64,000 nucleotides of DNA, taken from assembly GCA_963812135.1 (NCBI GenBank), contig CAWETU010000001.1, forward strand, positions 1,728,001 to 1,792,000. Reading direction: 5' to 3'. The notes under the pieces were generated by a model, which worked only from the letters and a program-made list of their open reading frames with translations, ran no database searches and was not told the origin of the DNA. This document shows, piece by piece, positions 28,024 through 40,564 of the stretch. A program made the translations under genes and the position numbers. Position 1 is the first letter of the stretch. Every line of letters begins with the position of its first letter. Source of the DNA: Vulcanimicrobiota bacterium. GTDB lineage: Bacteria > Vulcanimicrobiota > Vulcanimicrobiia > Eremiobacterales > Eremiobacteraceae.

Positions 28024-28626
28024 ATGTCGCGTGTGGCGGCGGTCGTCCTCTGTGCGATCACACTCTGCGTTTTCGTCGGCGCTGGCAAGACCGACTCGCT
28101 GTCTTCACCGAGCGCCGCGCGATCTTCAAAGGCGCTCGCCGATAGCGGCAACCTTCCAAAACCTATATCCTGCGAAACGTGGGTTGTCGGCGCACAGCAG
28201 CTTAACCAGCAAATGCCGGACGACATCATTAGGGGCATCGCTGAGGGCAAGGGACTGCCGTCTCAGTTCTACTCATCAGGAACGGTGCCCGCGGACTTCT
28301 GTAGACCTGTGAATGGGGTTTGGACATTTCCAGACTCGCAACAACATTTCTATAACGCCGACGGGCTAGCGCTTCGGCAGCAAAAAGTCCTCGCAGGCGA
28401 TCGAGGAACGATTCTGTCCATCGTCCATCGAACGCCAGCCGCCGATCGCATCTACATCAAATGGATGTATTCGCGCGACGGCTTGATCGTGTTTTCGATG
28501 AAGCCGACAAACACCGGAATCTGGATGTCCGGTGGTCCGCCCTATGTGGTCCTAAATAAGGACGAAATCGTAACGCCTGACGTCGGGGAAGTCGGTCCGC
28601 CACCGCCGGGCACGAGTGTCCGCTAG
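28024..28626 (+). CDS. hypothetical secreted protein (paralog of 11005-11679)
   Basis: Signal peptide; identical blocks QLNQQMPDD, PVNGVWTFPDSQQHFYNAD, KWMYSRDGL. Confidence 0.75.
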   Translation: MSRVAAVVLCAITLCVFVGAGKTDSLSSPSAARSSKALADSGNLPKPISCETWVVGAQQLNQQMPDDIIRGIAEGKGLPSQFYSSGTVPADFCRPVNGVWTFPDSQQHFYNADGLALRQQKVLAGDRGTILSIVHRTPAADRIYIKWMYSRDGLIVFSMKPTNTGIWMSGGPPYVVLNKDEIVTPDVGEVGPPPPGTSVR

Positions 28627-28633
28627 TCGACCG

Positions 28634-29799
28634 TTACGGTGTCGGTGTCCGCGCGATCACGCACTTGAGATAGGCCGTCTCGGGGGCAGCGATCAGCACT
28701 GGGTGATCCGGCGGCTGGCCGCGTTCTTCGAGGATCTGCACGTCGCGGCGCGCGTCCGTTGCCGCATCGCGCAGCATCTTGGCGAAGAGCTCGCGCGTCA
28801 CCGGACGCGAGCACGAGCACGTCACCAGGATGCCACCCGGCTCGAGCAGTTTGAGCGCGCGTAAGTTGATCTCTTTATAGCCGCGGATGGCGCCTTCGAG
28901 CGCACTGCGTCCACGCGCGAACGCGGGCGGGTCGAGCACGATCATCCCGAACTTCTCTTCGGCATCCGCCGCTTTGCGCAGCCAGTCGAAGCAGTTCGCC
29001 TCGACCACAGACGTGTTGAGGCAGCGGTTGAGCGCGAAGTTGCGCTCCGCCAAGCGGCACGCCTCGGCCGAGATGTCGACGTTGATCACCTCGGCTGCGC
29101 CGGCGAGCGACGCGTGCACGCCGAATCCACCCGAATACCCGAAACAATTGAGCACGCGGCGCCCTGCCGCGTACTGCGCCGCCGCCTGGCGATTGAGCCG
29201 CTGGTCCAAGAACAACCCGGTCTTCTGTCCGCGGACGACATCGACCAACAGGCGCGCTGGACCCTCGCCGATCTCGACCAGTTCGGGCGGCGGCGCACCC
29301 GCGAGCACACCCGTGCGCGGCTCCAATCCCTCCAGCGAGCGCTCGGGGACATCGCTGCGCTCGTAGATGCCGTGCGGCGATAAGTATTCGACCAGCGCGG
29401 CGACGATCGGTTCTCGCGCGCGTTCGATGCCAAGGGTCGAGAGCTGCACGACGAGCCAACCCGCGTATGAATCGACGATCAGCCCTGGAAGTCCATCGCC
29501 TTCCGAATTGACGATCCGGCGGCCGGCATCACTCGCAAGCGGCCCTCGGAGGCCGATCGCGGCTTGGACTCGCCCGCGCCAAAAGCTTTCGTCAACGGGC
29601 TCATCGAGCCACGAAACCACGCGCAGCGTGATCTTCGACGCGCGGTTGAGATAGGCCATCGCGAAGAACCGGCCACGCTGGTCGAGCACGCGCACGATTT
29701 CGCCGTTTTCAGCAGCATCCGGCAGTGCCGCGATTTCGCCCGCGAAGATCCACGGATGACGCGCGCGTTCCGGGCGCCTGGGCTTGAGCCGCGCGTCGG

Positions 29800-29803
<4 letters not shown>
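28634..29803 (-). CDS. rlmI: 23S rRNA m5C1962 methyltransferase (RlmI/RlmK family)
   Basis: [42 protein letters not shown]. Confidence 0.9.
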
Positions 29804-32466
<2,663 letters not shown>

Positions 32467-32636
32467 CGAACGCCCCTTCGCTTATCCATGCACATTTTCT
32501 ACAGGTTGAGCATACCTAATTCATTGCGCCTATATCGGACCCTTGTCGGACACCCGTCCGTGCGTGATTGCGTTGCAAACGAGCTGGTCTTTCCGCTACA
32601 ATCCCATCACACGACCTGTCGAGGAGATGACACGCA

Positions 32637-34115
32637 TTGCCGCATCAGCACACGTGCGGACCTCGCGTCACAGCAGTCATCTTCGCCACCCTCTGTCTCC
32701 AGCTCGGCGGAGGGAGCGCCGCCCGCGGTGCCGGGGTGCCTCCGATCCTCGAGCGGATGTCGGGCTTCGCGTGCCGGATCGACTATACGGGTCACCGTTC
32801 GGATGTGCTCAGCGCACCGGAGGTCAGCGGTACGGCGCGCATCGGGCCCGACGGCTTCAGCCTCGACGAGCACGCGCCCAACTACACGCTGCATGCCGAC
32901 GCCGGCGGCGTGGTCGTGCGCGCGGGCGCGACGACGGCGCAGACCACCGATCCGTTTGACGCTGACGCCTTAATCAACCCGTGGGCCGTCGCGCTTGCGG
33001 CGCTGTCGCACGGCGGGCTGCGCCAACGCAACGCGGGGTCGTGGCAGACGCCGAACGGCGTGCTCGTCTACTTCGACCCAAACGGTGCGGTGGCCGGCCT
33101 CTCGAACGGGCGTGACAACGGTCTTGCGCTCACGTTTTCCGGCTGGAGCGATATCGCCGGCGTGCCGGTGCCGACGCGCATCGTGCGGCTACGCCAGGGA
33201 ACGCAGGTCGCGACGTTTCAGATCGACCGGCTCACGCTTGTTCGCGACGCTGGGCGAAGCGGTTCGAGGCCAGCGGCTGCTTCTGCGACGCTCTCCGTGC
33301 AGCCGGCTCAGCGCATTAGCGTAACGAATCCGCCGGGCGATGAGGCTGAGGCGGCGGCGCCGCCCTTTCCGCTGCGTATCGTCCTCACGCTGTTCGGGAT
33401 GCTCTCGCTTGCCGTGGCGCTCGTCGCATGGTTCCATCGCGATGCGTTCACACTGCGGCTGTGCACCGGCATCGCCGACGATCCGCGCGGCTGGCGATCG
33501 CTCGCCATTGCGTCGTACGTTTCTCCCGACGGCGTCTTGCTGCTCGAAGGCAATCGATATCGCGTCGGGCCGGAGTTCTTCGCGCGCCCCGTCGAAGTGC
33601 AGCACTCCGCGCTCTTCGTCCGCGTCAGCGCGCCCGGGCTCTCCAAGGTCGTCGTGTTGCCGCGCCGCCTGCCGCGTCTCGCCGCGGGGCGTACGCCAAG
33701 CCGTCGCGCTGCCAGCGCAGGATTGAGTTTGATCGAAACGCTGGTCTCGATCTCGTTCTTCACCGTCGTCATCGTGGTCGCGGTGTATCCGGCGCTCACC
33801 GCGGTCGCTCGGGCCGACTATGTCGCCGCGCAAAAGCGCGCAGCGTTGGCGGCTGTCGCCAACGCGCTCACCGACGAGGAGATGGCGTGCGCGTACGGTA
33901 CGGTGACGCCCACCGGCACGACGACGACATCCGTCAACGGCATGACGGTGACAATCGCGGTGACCGACTCCGCGGTCGCGGGAGGGCGCGACATCGCCGT
34001 GTCGGCGACAGACCCATCCGGCCGCGTCCTCGCGCAGCTGGCCACGACTGTTGGCCCGCCGGTGCCGGCGCCGGGCTCGGGAGCGCCACCGCCGACGGGG
34101 CCGGGAGGTCCCTGA
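32637..34115 (+). CDS. membrane protein with an internal type IV prepilin motif and C-terminal pilin-like domain
   Basis: Signal peptide, beta-rich domain, TM, then RRAASAG|LSLIETLVSISFFTVVIVV; GAGGAG 10 nt before TTG. Confidence 0.7.
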   Translation: MPHQHTCGPRVTAVIFATLCLQLGGGSAARGAGVPPILERMSGFACRIDYTGHRSDVLSAPEVSGTARIGPDGFSLDEHAPNYTLHADAGGVVVRAGATTAQTTDPFDADALINPWAVALAALSHGGLRQRNAGSWQTPNGVLVYFDPNGAVAGLSNGRDNGLALTFSGWSDIAGVPVPTRIVRLRQGTQVATFQIDRLTLVRDAGRSGSRPAAASATLSVQPAQRISVTNPPGDEAEAAAPPFPLRIVLTLFGMLSLAVALVAWFHRDAFTLRLCTGIADDPRGWRSLAIASYVSPDGVLLLEGNRYRVGPEFFARPVEVQHSALFVRVSAPGLSKVVVLPRRLPRLAAGRTPSRRAASAGLSLIETLVSISFFTVVIVVAVYPALTAVARADYVAAQKRAALAAVANALTDEEMACAYGTVTPTGTTTTSVNGMTVTIAVTDSAVAGGRDIAVSATDPSGRVLAQLATTVGPPVPAPGSGAPPPTGPGGP

Positions 34116-34116
34116 G

Positions 34117-34800
34117 GTGCGCAAGGAACGCGGCATCGCGCTCATCACGGTCTTGCTCGCGACGACGTTGCTGCTCGCGCTGTTGGCGTTTCTCGTCAAC
34201 ATCGGCACGTCGGGGCTGCGGCGCGCCACCGAGGAGCAATGGGAGCTGCAGGCACAAGCGGGCGCCGATGCCGGCGTCGGCTGGATCCGTGCGCTCCTCG
34301 ACCAACGCCAGGGCGACGTCGTCGCGACGTTGGGCGACGTGGCCGCTGCGCACAGCCTGTACACCGTGACGATCGACGAACGCACGCAGGTGCAGGCGCG
34401 CGTCGCGATCCGGCTCGACACGTCAGGCGCCACCAACGATCATCTCGACGTGAATCTGCAGCAGAACCCGAGCATCGACGAAACGCCGTTGCAGGTCGGC
34501 GTGACCGCGACCGTCGTCATCGACGGCACGCCGGTCGCGACGCGCAGCACGACGGCGCTCGTGCGGGTGTTCCGGCGCTTCGCGCCATACTCCGAAACGG
34601 TCGGCGTGATCGACAATTCCGGCCCGGTCGGCGTGGAAAGTCCGGGTGACCCGGCAGGGCAGCCCGGCGGTTCGCTCGCGACCGACTTGCGCATCCACGT
34701 CTTCACGACCGGCGCGAGCGGGGAGCCGGTCCCCAACGATTCATTTGGCGACCAGCACTGGTGGGATGGCAACTCGGCACCCTCAGGAGCGTTGCCGTGA
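34117..34800 (+). CDS. PilX-like minor pilin
   Basis: RKERG|IALITVLL (no Glu5, as in PilX/GspK), AQAGADAG; GTG start. Confidence 0.8.
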   Translation: MRKERGIALITVLLATTLLLALLAFLVNIGTSGLRRATEEQWELQAQAGADAGVGWIRALLDQRQGDVVATLGDVAAAHSLYTVTIDERTQVQARVAIRLDTSGATNDHLDVNLQQNPSIDETPLQVGVTATVVIDGTPVATRSTTALVRVFRRFAPYSETVGVIDNSGPVGVESPGDPAGQPGGSLATDLRIHVFTTGASGEPVPNDSFGDQHWWDGNSAPSGALP

Positions 34801-35321
34801 CGGCGGCCTCGCACGCCCGTGGCATGACCCTGTTGGAGGTGCTCGTCGCCGCGGCCATCCTCGCGCTCGCGAGTGCGCTGGTGCTGCTCACGCCGTTTCG
34901 AGAGTACGTCCACGGGCGAGCGGCCTCGGATGCGGCGACGACCATGGCGCAAGACATCGCGCTGCTGGAGCGCGCCGCGCAGAACGGCGGCGCGAACGAT
35001 GGCGCGACGCTGCAGATCGTCTCGACGAACCCGTTGGTCTACGACTGCTACTATGGGCGGCCCAACGCGCTCGATCCCAATTCAGCGCTTGGCCCGCTGA
35101 TCGTCCATCGGTCTTTTGACGATGTCGCGTTGAGCGCCGGTCCGATCGATGCCACCACACCGTTGCTCTTCGCGAGCAACGGCAGCGTGCAGTACGTGGC
35201 GGCCGGTATTTGGGCCGATCAGCACCAGACGATCGAGGTGACGCTGACGCCCGCAAGCGATGCGTCGCGGGTGGCCAAAGTCGACCTGAATCTGTTCACC
35301 GGCGGCGTATCGCTTCCGTAA
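34797..35321 (+). CDS. type IV prepilin / FimT-GspH-like minor pilin
   Basis: ARG|MTLLEVLVAAAIL; LLFASNGS and C-terminal TGG motif; GTGA overlap. Confidence 0.85.
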   Translation: MTAASHARGMTLLEVLVAAAILALASALVLLTPFREYVHGRAASDAATTMAQDIALLERAAQNGGANDGATLQIVSTNPLVYDCYYGRPNALDPNSALGPLIVHRSFDDVALSAGPIDATTPLLFASNGSVQYVAAGIWADQHQTIEVTLTPASDASRVAKVDLNLFTGGVSLP

Positions 35322-35333
35322 CGGGCGACGCCG

Positions 35334-37172
35334 TTAGACGTAGTCGCCTAGCACGATCGTGACGTCGCGCGTCTCGCCGGTCTTCGATTTCACCGTCATC
35401 GGGATGCTGGTCCCAGCGGGTCCCATGAACAGCGCTCGGATTTGCTGCAGATCCATACCGGTCGTCGAGACGCCTTTGATCGCGGTGATCGTATCGCCGC
35501 GCACGAGCCCGGCCTGGGCGCCAGGCGTGCCAGGACGCGCATCGATGACGATGGGTGCGCCGCCCTGGACTACCAGGAACAACCCCGATCGATCTTGCGG
35601 CTCGGCCTTATCGAAGTCGGCGTTCGGGGTCAGCGCCATCGTCTGCTTCGTGTAGTCGAAGACCACCGTGAAGCGGCGCCAAACGCCGCCGCCGATGTTG
35701 CCAGCGATAAACGGGTTGGCGAAATAGCCTTTCTTCTGAACGCTGAAATCGGTGATCACGTTCTGGAGCTTCGTCGCGCCGATCTGCAGCGACGTCAACC
35801 GTCCGATCCGGCCGAGCGCCGGCCCGCCGACGCCGAAGCCGTTGATGCCGACGCCTGTCGCGTTGGCCGGCATCAGTTCCGGATGCGCGGTCCAAAACGG
35901 CGTGAGGACGGATATCGCGGCGCGGCTACCCGTGTCCACCGAACAATCGCCGGCGACGCTATCGAGCTGGCAGGCGATCTGCGGAATCGTCGAATTGAAG
36001 ACGAACGGCACGACGTCGGCGCCGCTCGGCGCTGACGCTGCGGCGCTCGGCATCCGAAACGTCAGCTTGCGGTTCGCATAGTCGAACGTGGTGACATAGC
36101 GCGCAAGCACCTCGAAGCCGATGAGCCCATCGAGCGGCACGCCGCTGGCAACGCTGAAGCCTTGGCGCACCGGCAGTACGGCGAAGTACTGGTCTTTGAT
36201 GGTGGCGGCGCCCATCGAGAGCGTCGCGACCTTGGCGAACGCGACCGTTTCGGTCTGATTGCCGACGCCGCTGCCCTGAATGGCGCCGGAGGACTGGAGT
36301 CCCAGCTGCTGCGCGATCGACGAATCGATGACGTTGGAGCCGCCGGTGTCGAACGCGAAGTGGTATGGGCCGTTCCCGTTGATCATCACCGAGAGGTAGA
36401 CGTGGTTGTCGATCAAGTCGATCGGAACGGTCGTCTGGTCGCCGCCGGCGATCGAGTAATCCGAGACGTGTGATACCGGCTTGGCGACGTGCGCTGCAAC
36501 ACCGGGGGGATTGAACGTGATGCTCGTCGCCTGCGCGTCGACCTCGTTGCCCTCGTCCGTCGTCTGATGCTCGTGAAACGGCAGCTTGATGCCGCTGACA
36601 ACACGATAGTCCGAAAACGTCGTCGTCGTCGTTTGGATGCCGATGGTCGAGATGACGCGCGCCGGCAAGTGAGTCGCCGCCGCGATCCACACCTGGAGCG
36701 GCAGCCCGTTCGGCGGCGTCGCATCGACGACGTCGTACGCGACGCCTTTGTCGACCTTCCGCCCTGCATAGGAGACGACGCCGCGCTTGCCAGGACGCAG
36801 CAGATCGTTGTTGCTAAGATATGTGGTGAGGACGGCTGCGTAGCGGCCGGCCTGCCCGCCGTCGACCCAGACCAGCCCGCTGGAATCCTGATTCCAGGCA
36901 TTCGTGCCGTCAAAGCCGCCGCCGCCGGAGAACGGACCGGCATCGAGCGTCTCGGCCTGAGCGCCGGACGCGTAGTCCACCCACTCATCGAACGTGCCTT
37001 TGACGCCGGTGATCGCGACCGTGCCGGTCGCGTGGAACGAGAGCGCGCGATCGAGAGCGTTGCCGCCCGACGCTGTGCGGGTCTGCTTCAAGACATCATC
37101 GATCGGAGCGGCAAGCGAGGGCTTCGGCGCGACGAGACCGATCACGACGAACGCAAGCGCGGCCACTTTCAT
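35334..37172 (-). CDS. secreted retropepsin-like aspartyl protease with C-terminal PDZ domain
   Basis: FDTGG and VDTGS catalytic motifs, GLIG/GNIG, PDZ PGAQAGLVRGD. Confidence 0.88.
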   Translation of the reverse strand: MKVAALAFVVIGLVAPKPSLAAPIDDVLKQTRTASGGNALDRALSFHATGTVAITGVKGTFDEWVDYASGAQAETLDAGPFSGGGGFDGTNAWNQDSSGLVWVDGGQAGRYAAVLTTYLSNNDLLRPGKRGVVSYAGRKVDKGVAYDVVDATPPNGLPLQVWIAAATHLPARVISTIGIQTTTTTFSDYRVVSGIKLPFHEHQTTDEGNEVDAQATSITFNPPGVAAHVAKPVSHVSDYSIAGGDQTTVPIDLIDNHVYLSVMINGNGPYHFAFDTGGSNVIDSSIAQQLGLQSSGAIQGSGVGNQTETVAFAKVATLSMGAATIKDQYFAVLPVRQGFSVASGVPLDGLIGFEVLARYVTTFDYANRKLTFRMPSAAASAPSGADVVPFVFNSTIPQIACQLDSVAGDCSVDTGSRAAISVLTPFWTAHPELMPANATGVGINGFGVGGPALGRIGRLTSLQIGATKLQNVITDFSVQKKGYFANPFIAGNIGGGVWRRFTVVFDYTKQTMALTPNADFDKAEPQDRSGLFLVVQGGAPIVIDARPGTPGAQAGLVRGDTITAIKGVSTTGMDLQQIRALFMGPAGTSIPMTVKSKTGETRDVTIVLGDYV

Positions 37173-37230
37173 ATATGAACTGTTCATCCGGGGACTACTC
37201 GGCCCCGGCCGCGTTTGTTTCCTTTCTGGT

Positions 37231-40200
37231 TCAATGGAAGTCGCGCGAGGTCAGACCCTTGGCCAGCTGGTCCAGGTCGAGCTTCCAAAAGCGCCGGGCC
37301 AAAATGTTGACGCGCCCGTCGTCCTTCTGCAAGACACCTTCGACGATCACCGCCGGCTCGTCGCGCGCAATCGGCCGGTATTTCTGATAGATGTCCGGAC
37401 GGATGATCACGTTCATGAGCCCGGTCTCGTCCTCCATGGTCGTGAACACGAAGCCCTTGGCCGTCCCCGGCCGTTGCCGCGTGGTCACGATGCCCGCGAC
37501 CTTTGCCACTAGCCGGTTCGGCAATCGCGCCAGATCGGCCGCGCAGTAGATCCGTTTGGCTTTGAGCTGCTCGCGATAGAACTGCATCGCGTGATATTTC
37601 GTCGAGAGGCCCAAGCCCCAAAAATCGGCGGCCGCTTCTTCGACTTGATGCATGCGCGGCAGTGCGACAGGCGGTTCGTCGATCGGCATGTCGCGCTCGA
37701 GCGCGCCGACGCGCGGCAGCACCGCCATGCGCTGCACTTCCCAGATCGCCTGTCGGCGCGAAAGATCGAAGCATGCAAAGGCATCGACGGCTGCGAGCGA
37801 TTCCAAGATGTCTTTGGGCAATCCGGTGCGCAGCACGAAGTCGCGCAGGTCTTGGTATGGCCCCGTGAGGCGCTGGCCTTCGAGCATCTCTTTGTGCTTC
37901 GCGCCGATGCCGCGCACTTGGCTGAGGCCGATGCGCAATGCGACCGGATGTTGCCACTTCGACGGGTAGTCAGAGCCGCGCGGGTCGCGAGCTTCGCTCT
38001 CGACGGCACTCGAGCTGCGCTCGGGTCGCTACATTGCGCATCAAAGGTTCGACGGTGCAGGCGAAATGCGATCGGTTCACGTCCGGCGGCAGAATCGTCA
38101 CGTTGTGATGCTTCGCATCGGCGATCAGCGATTCGGGCGAATAGAACCCCATCGGCTGCGCGTTGAGCAGCGATGCGTAGAACTCCGGCGCGTAATAGCG
38201 TTTGAGAAAACCCGAGACGTAGACGATGAGCGCGAACGACGCGGCATGCGACTCCGGAAAACCGAAATCGGCGAAGGCGCTGAGCATCTGATAGATGCGC
38301 TCGGCGAGGTCGCGCGCGATGCCGTTCTTGCTCATGCCTTCGATGAGCCGGCCCTTGAGGCGCTCCATCTTCTCATACGAGCGCTTGTGGCCCATCGCGC
38401 GCCGCAATTCGTCCGCTTGGCCGGGCGTGAAACCCGCGGTCTCCACGGCGATGCGCATGCCTTGCTCTTGGAAGAGCGGCACGCCCAGCGTGCGTTCAAG
38501 GACCGGCACGAGCGCGGGATGCGGATAGGTCACGGGTTCGAGCCCTTTGCGCCGGCGGATGTACGGATGGACCATATCGCCTTGGATAGGCCCTGGCCGG
38601 ATGATCGCCACCTCCACGACGATGTCGTAGAAGTTGCGCGGCTTCAGGCGCGGCAGCGTCGCCATCTGCGCGCGCGACTCGACTTGGAACAGGCCCACCG
38701 TGTCCGCCGCACACAGCATGTCGTAGACCGCCGGGTCGTCGCAGGCGCGCAAGTCGACGAGATCGACCGTCTCGCCGCGCACGCGCTTGATCTCCTTGAT
38801 CGCCAGCTCGATGGCGTCAAGCATTCCAAGACCGAGCAGATCGATCTTGATCAAGCCCAGTGTCGCGCAATCATCCTTATCCCAGCACAAGATGGTGCGG
38901 TCGGGCATGGCGGCTTTTTCGAGCGGCGCGACTTCGATGAGCGGCGAGCGGGTGATCACCATGCCGCCGACGTGCTGGCTCAAGTGGCGCGGGAAGCTGT
39001 CGATGCGCCGACACAAATCGTACAGGCGCTGCGCGGTGTCGCTGCCGGATTCGATCGCCAGCGCGGCCGGCAGCGACGCGATCGCGCTCTCCACGTCTGC
39101 GGCGGACATCGGCAAAGGCTCGCCGTGCGTGGTGACCTGCATCGCTTCGTGGCGTGGCATGTCGAACGCCGCTTGCGCGGCCAGCGCGGCTTCTTCTCCG
39201 ACCCGCACGGACGAATAGCTGTCGAGCGACTTGGCCAGCGCATCCACTTGGTCGAGCGACAGACCGAGCGCTTTGCCGATGTCGCGCACCGCCGAGCGCG
39301 CGCGATAGCTGATCACTTCAGCGACCATGCCGCTGTGCTCGCGGCCGTAGCGCTGATAGACGTATTGGATGATCTGCTCGCGTTGATCGCCCGACGGGCA
39401 ATCGAGATCGATATCGGGCAGCTCGGCGCGCTCTTCGGACAGGAAACGCTCGAAGAGCATCTTCAAACCGACCGGATCGACGCTGGTGATGTTGAGCGCG
39501 TAGCAGACCGCCGAGTTGGCGGCCGAACCGCGGCCCTGGATCAAGATCTCGCGCTCCATCGCGAAACGCACGATATCCCAGACGATGAGGAAGTAGCCCG
39601 CCAGATCGAGCCGCTCGATGACCCCGAGCTCGTGCGCGATCTGTTTGCTCACCTCGGGCGTCACCGGCCGGTAGCGGCGGCGCACGCCCTCGTGCACCAA
39701 TGAATAAAGATAGGAAAACGCCGTTTCGCCTGGCGGCAACGGGAAATCGGGGAATTCGTTGCGCAGGCGGTCCAGGCGGAACGCGCAACGCTCCGCCAGC
39801 GCCGCGCTTGCCGCCACGGCGCGCGGGTGCTCGGCGAACAGCTTAGCCATCATCTCGGGTGAGCGCAGGTAGTATTCGCCGTTAGGACGCAAGCGCGTGC
39901 CGGCTTCATCCAGCGTCGTCTTGAGGCGGATGCAGGTGAGCACGTCGGCCAGCTCGCGGTGCTCTGGGATCGCATAATGCACGCCCCCGGTCGCCACCAG
40001 GCCGAGCTCGAGCGCGCCCGCGACGGCGGACAGCGCGCGGATGCGCGGGCCGTCCTCGGGCAACAGATGGCGCTGCAGCTCGATCCAGAAGTTGCCCCAG
40101 CCGAAGATGTCGCGCATTTTGGCGGCTTGCTCGCACGCGCCGCGGAAATCGCCGCGCGCCAATGCCTGCGGCACCGCACCATGCTCGCAGCCGGAGAGCG

Positions 40201-40561
40201 CGATGATCCCCTTTGCGTAGCGCGCGAGATTGTGGTACGACGTGCGCGGTTGGCCGCGTTCGTTGTCGAGGTGCCCCCGGCTGATCAGCCGGGAGAGATT
40301 GCCGTAACCTTCTCTGCTTTCTGCGAGCAGGATGAGGTGGTTATCGTCTTCGAGGGTGAGCTCAGCGCCGATGATCGCCGGCAGCTGCGACTCGCGCGCC
40401 GCCTGCGCGAAACGCACCGCGCCGTACAGGCCGTCGCGATCGGTGATGGCGAGGCCTGATAGACCAAGCTCCCACGCGCGTTCGACCAGCTCTTCAGGAT
40501 GCGACCCGCCCTCGCGCAACGAGAAGTTCGAATGGCAGTGCAGTTCTGCGTATTGCGTCAT
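37231..40561 (-). CDS. dnaE2: error-prone DNA polymerase DnaE2, interrupted by one +1 frameshift near 38028
   Basis: YAELHCHSNFS, GRGSAANS, PDIDLD, NAQPMGFY; downstream frame has RQRPGTAKG and terminal SRDFH. Confidence 0.93.
37984..38033 (-). repeat. tandem pair of REP-like hairpins inside dnaE2
   Basis: GTCGCGAGC-TTC-GCTCTCGAC then ACTCGAGC-TGC-GCTCGGGT-CG-CTACA, 24-bp period. Confidence 0.75.
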
Positions 40562-40564
40562 CGG

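Noticed and set aside
37938..38040. Intein or intron in dnaE2
   Set aside because: The interruption is only about 100 bp, has no intein splice residues or intron features, and is explained by the hairpin insert plus one extra base.
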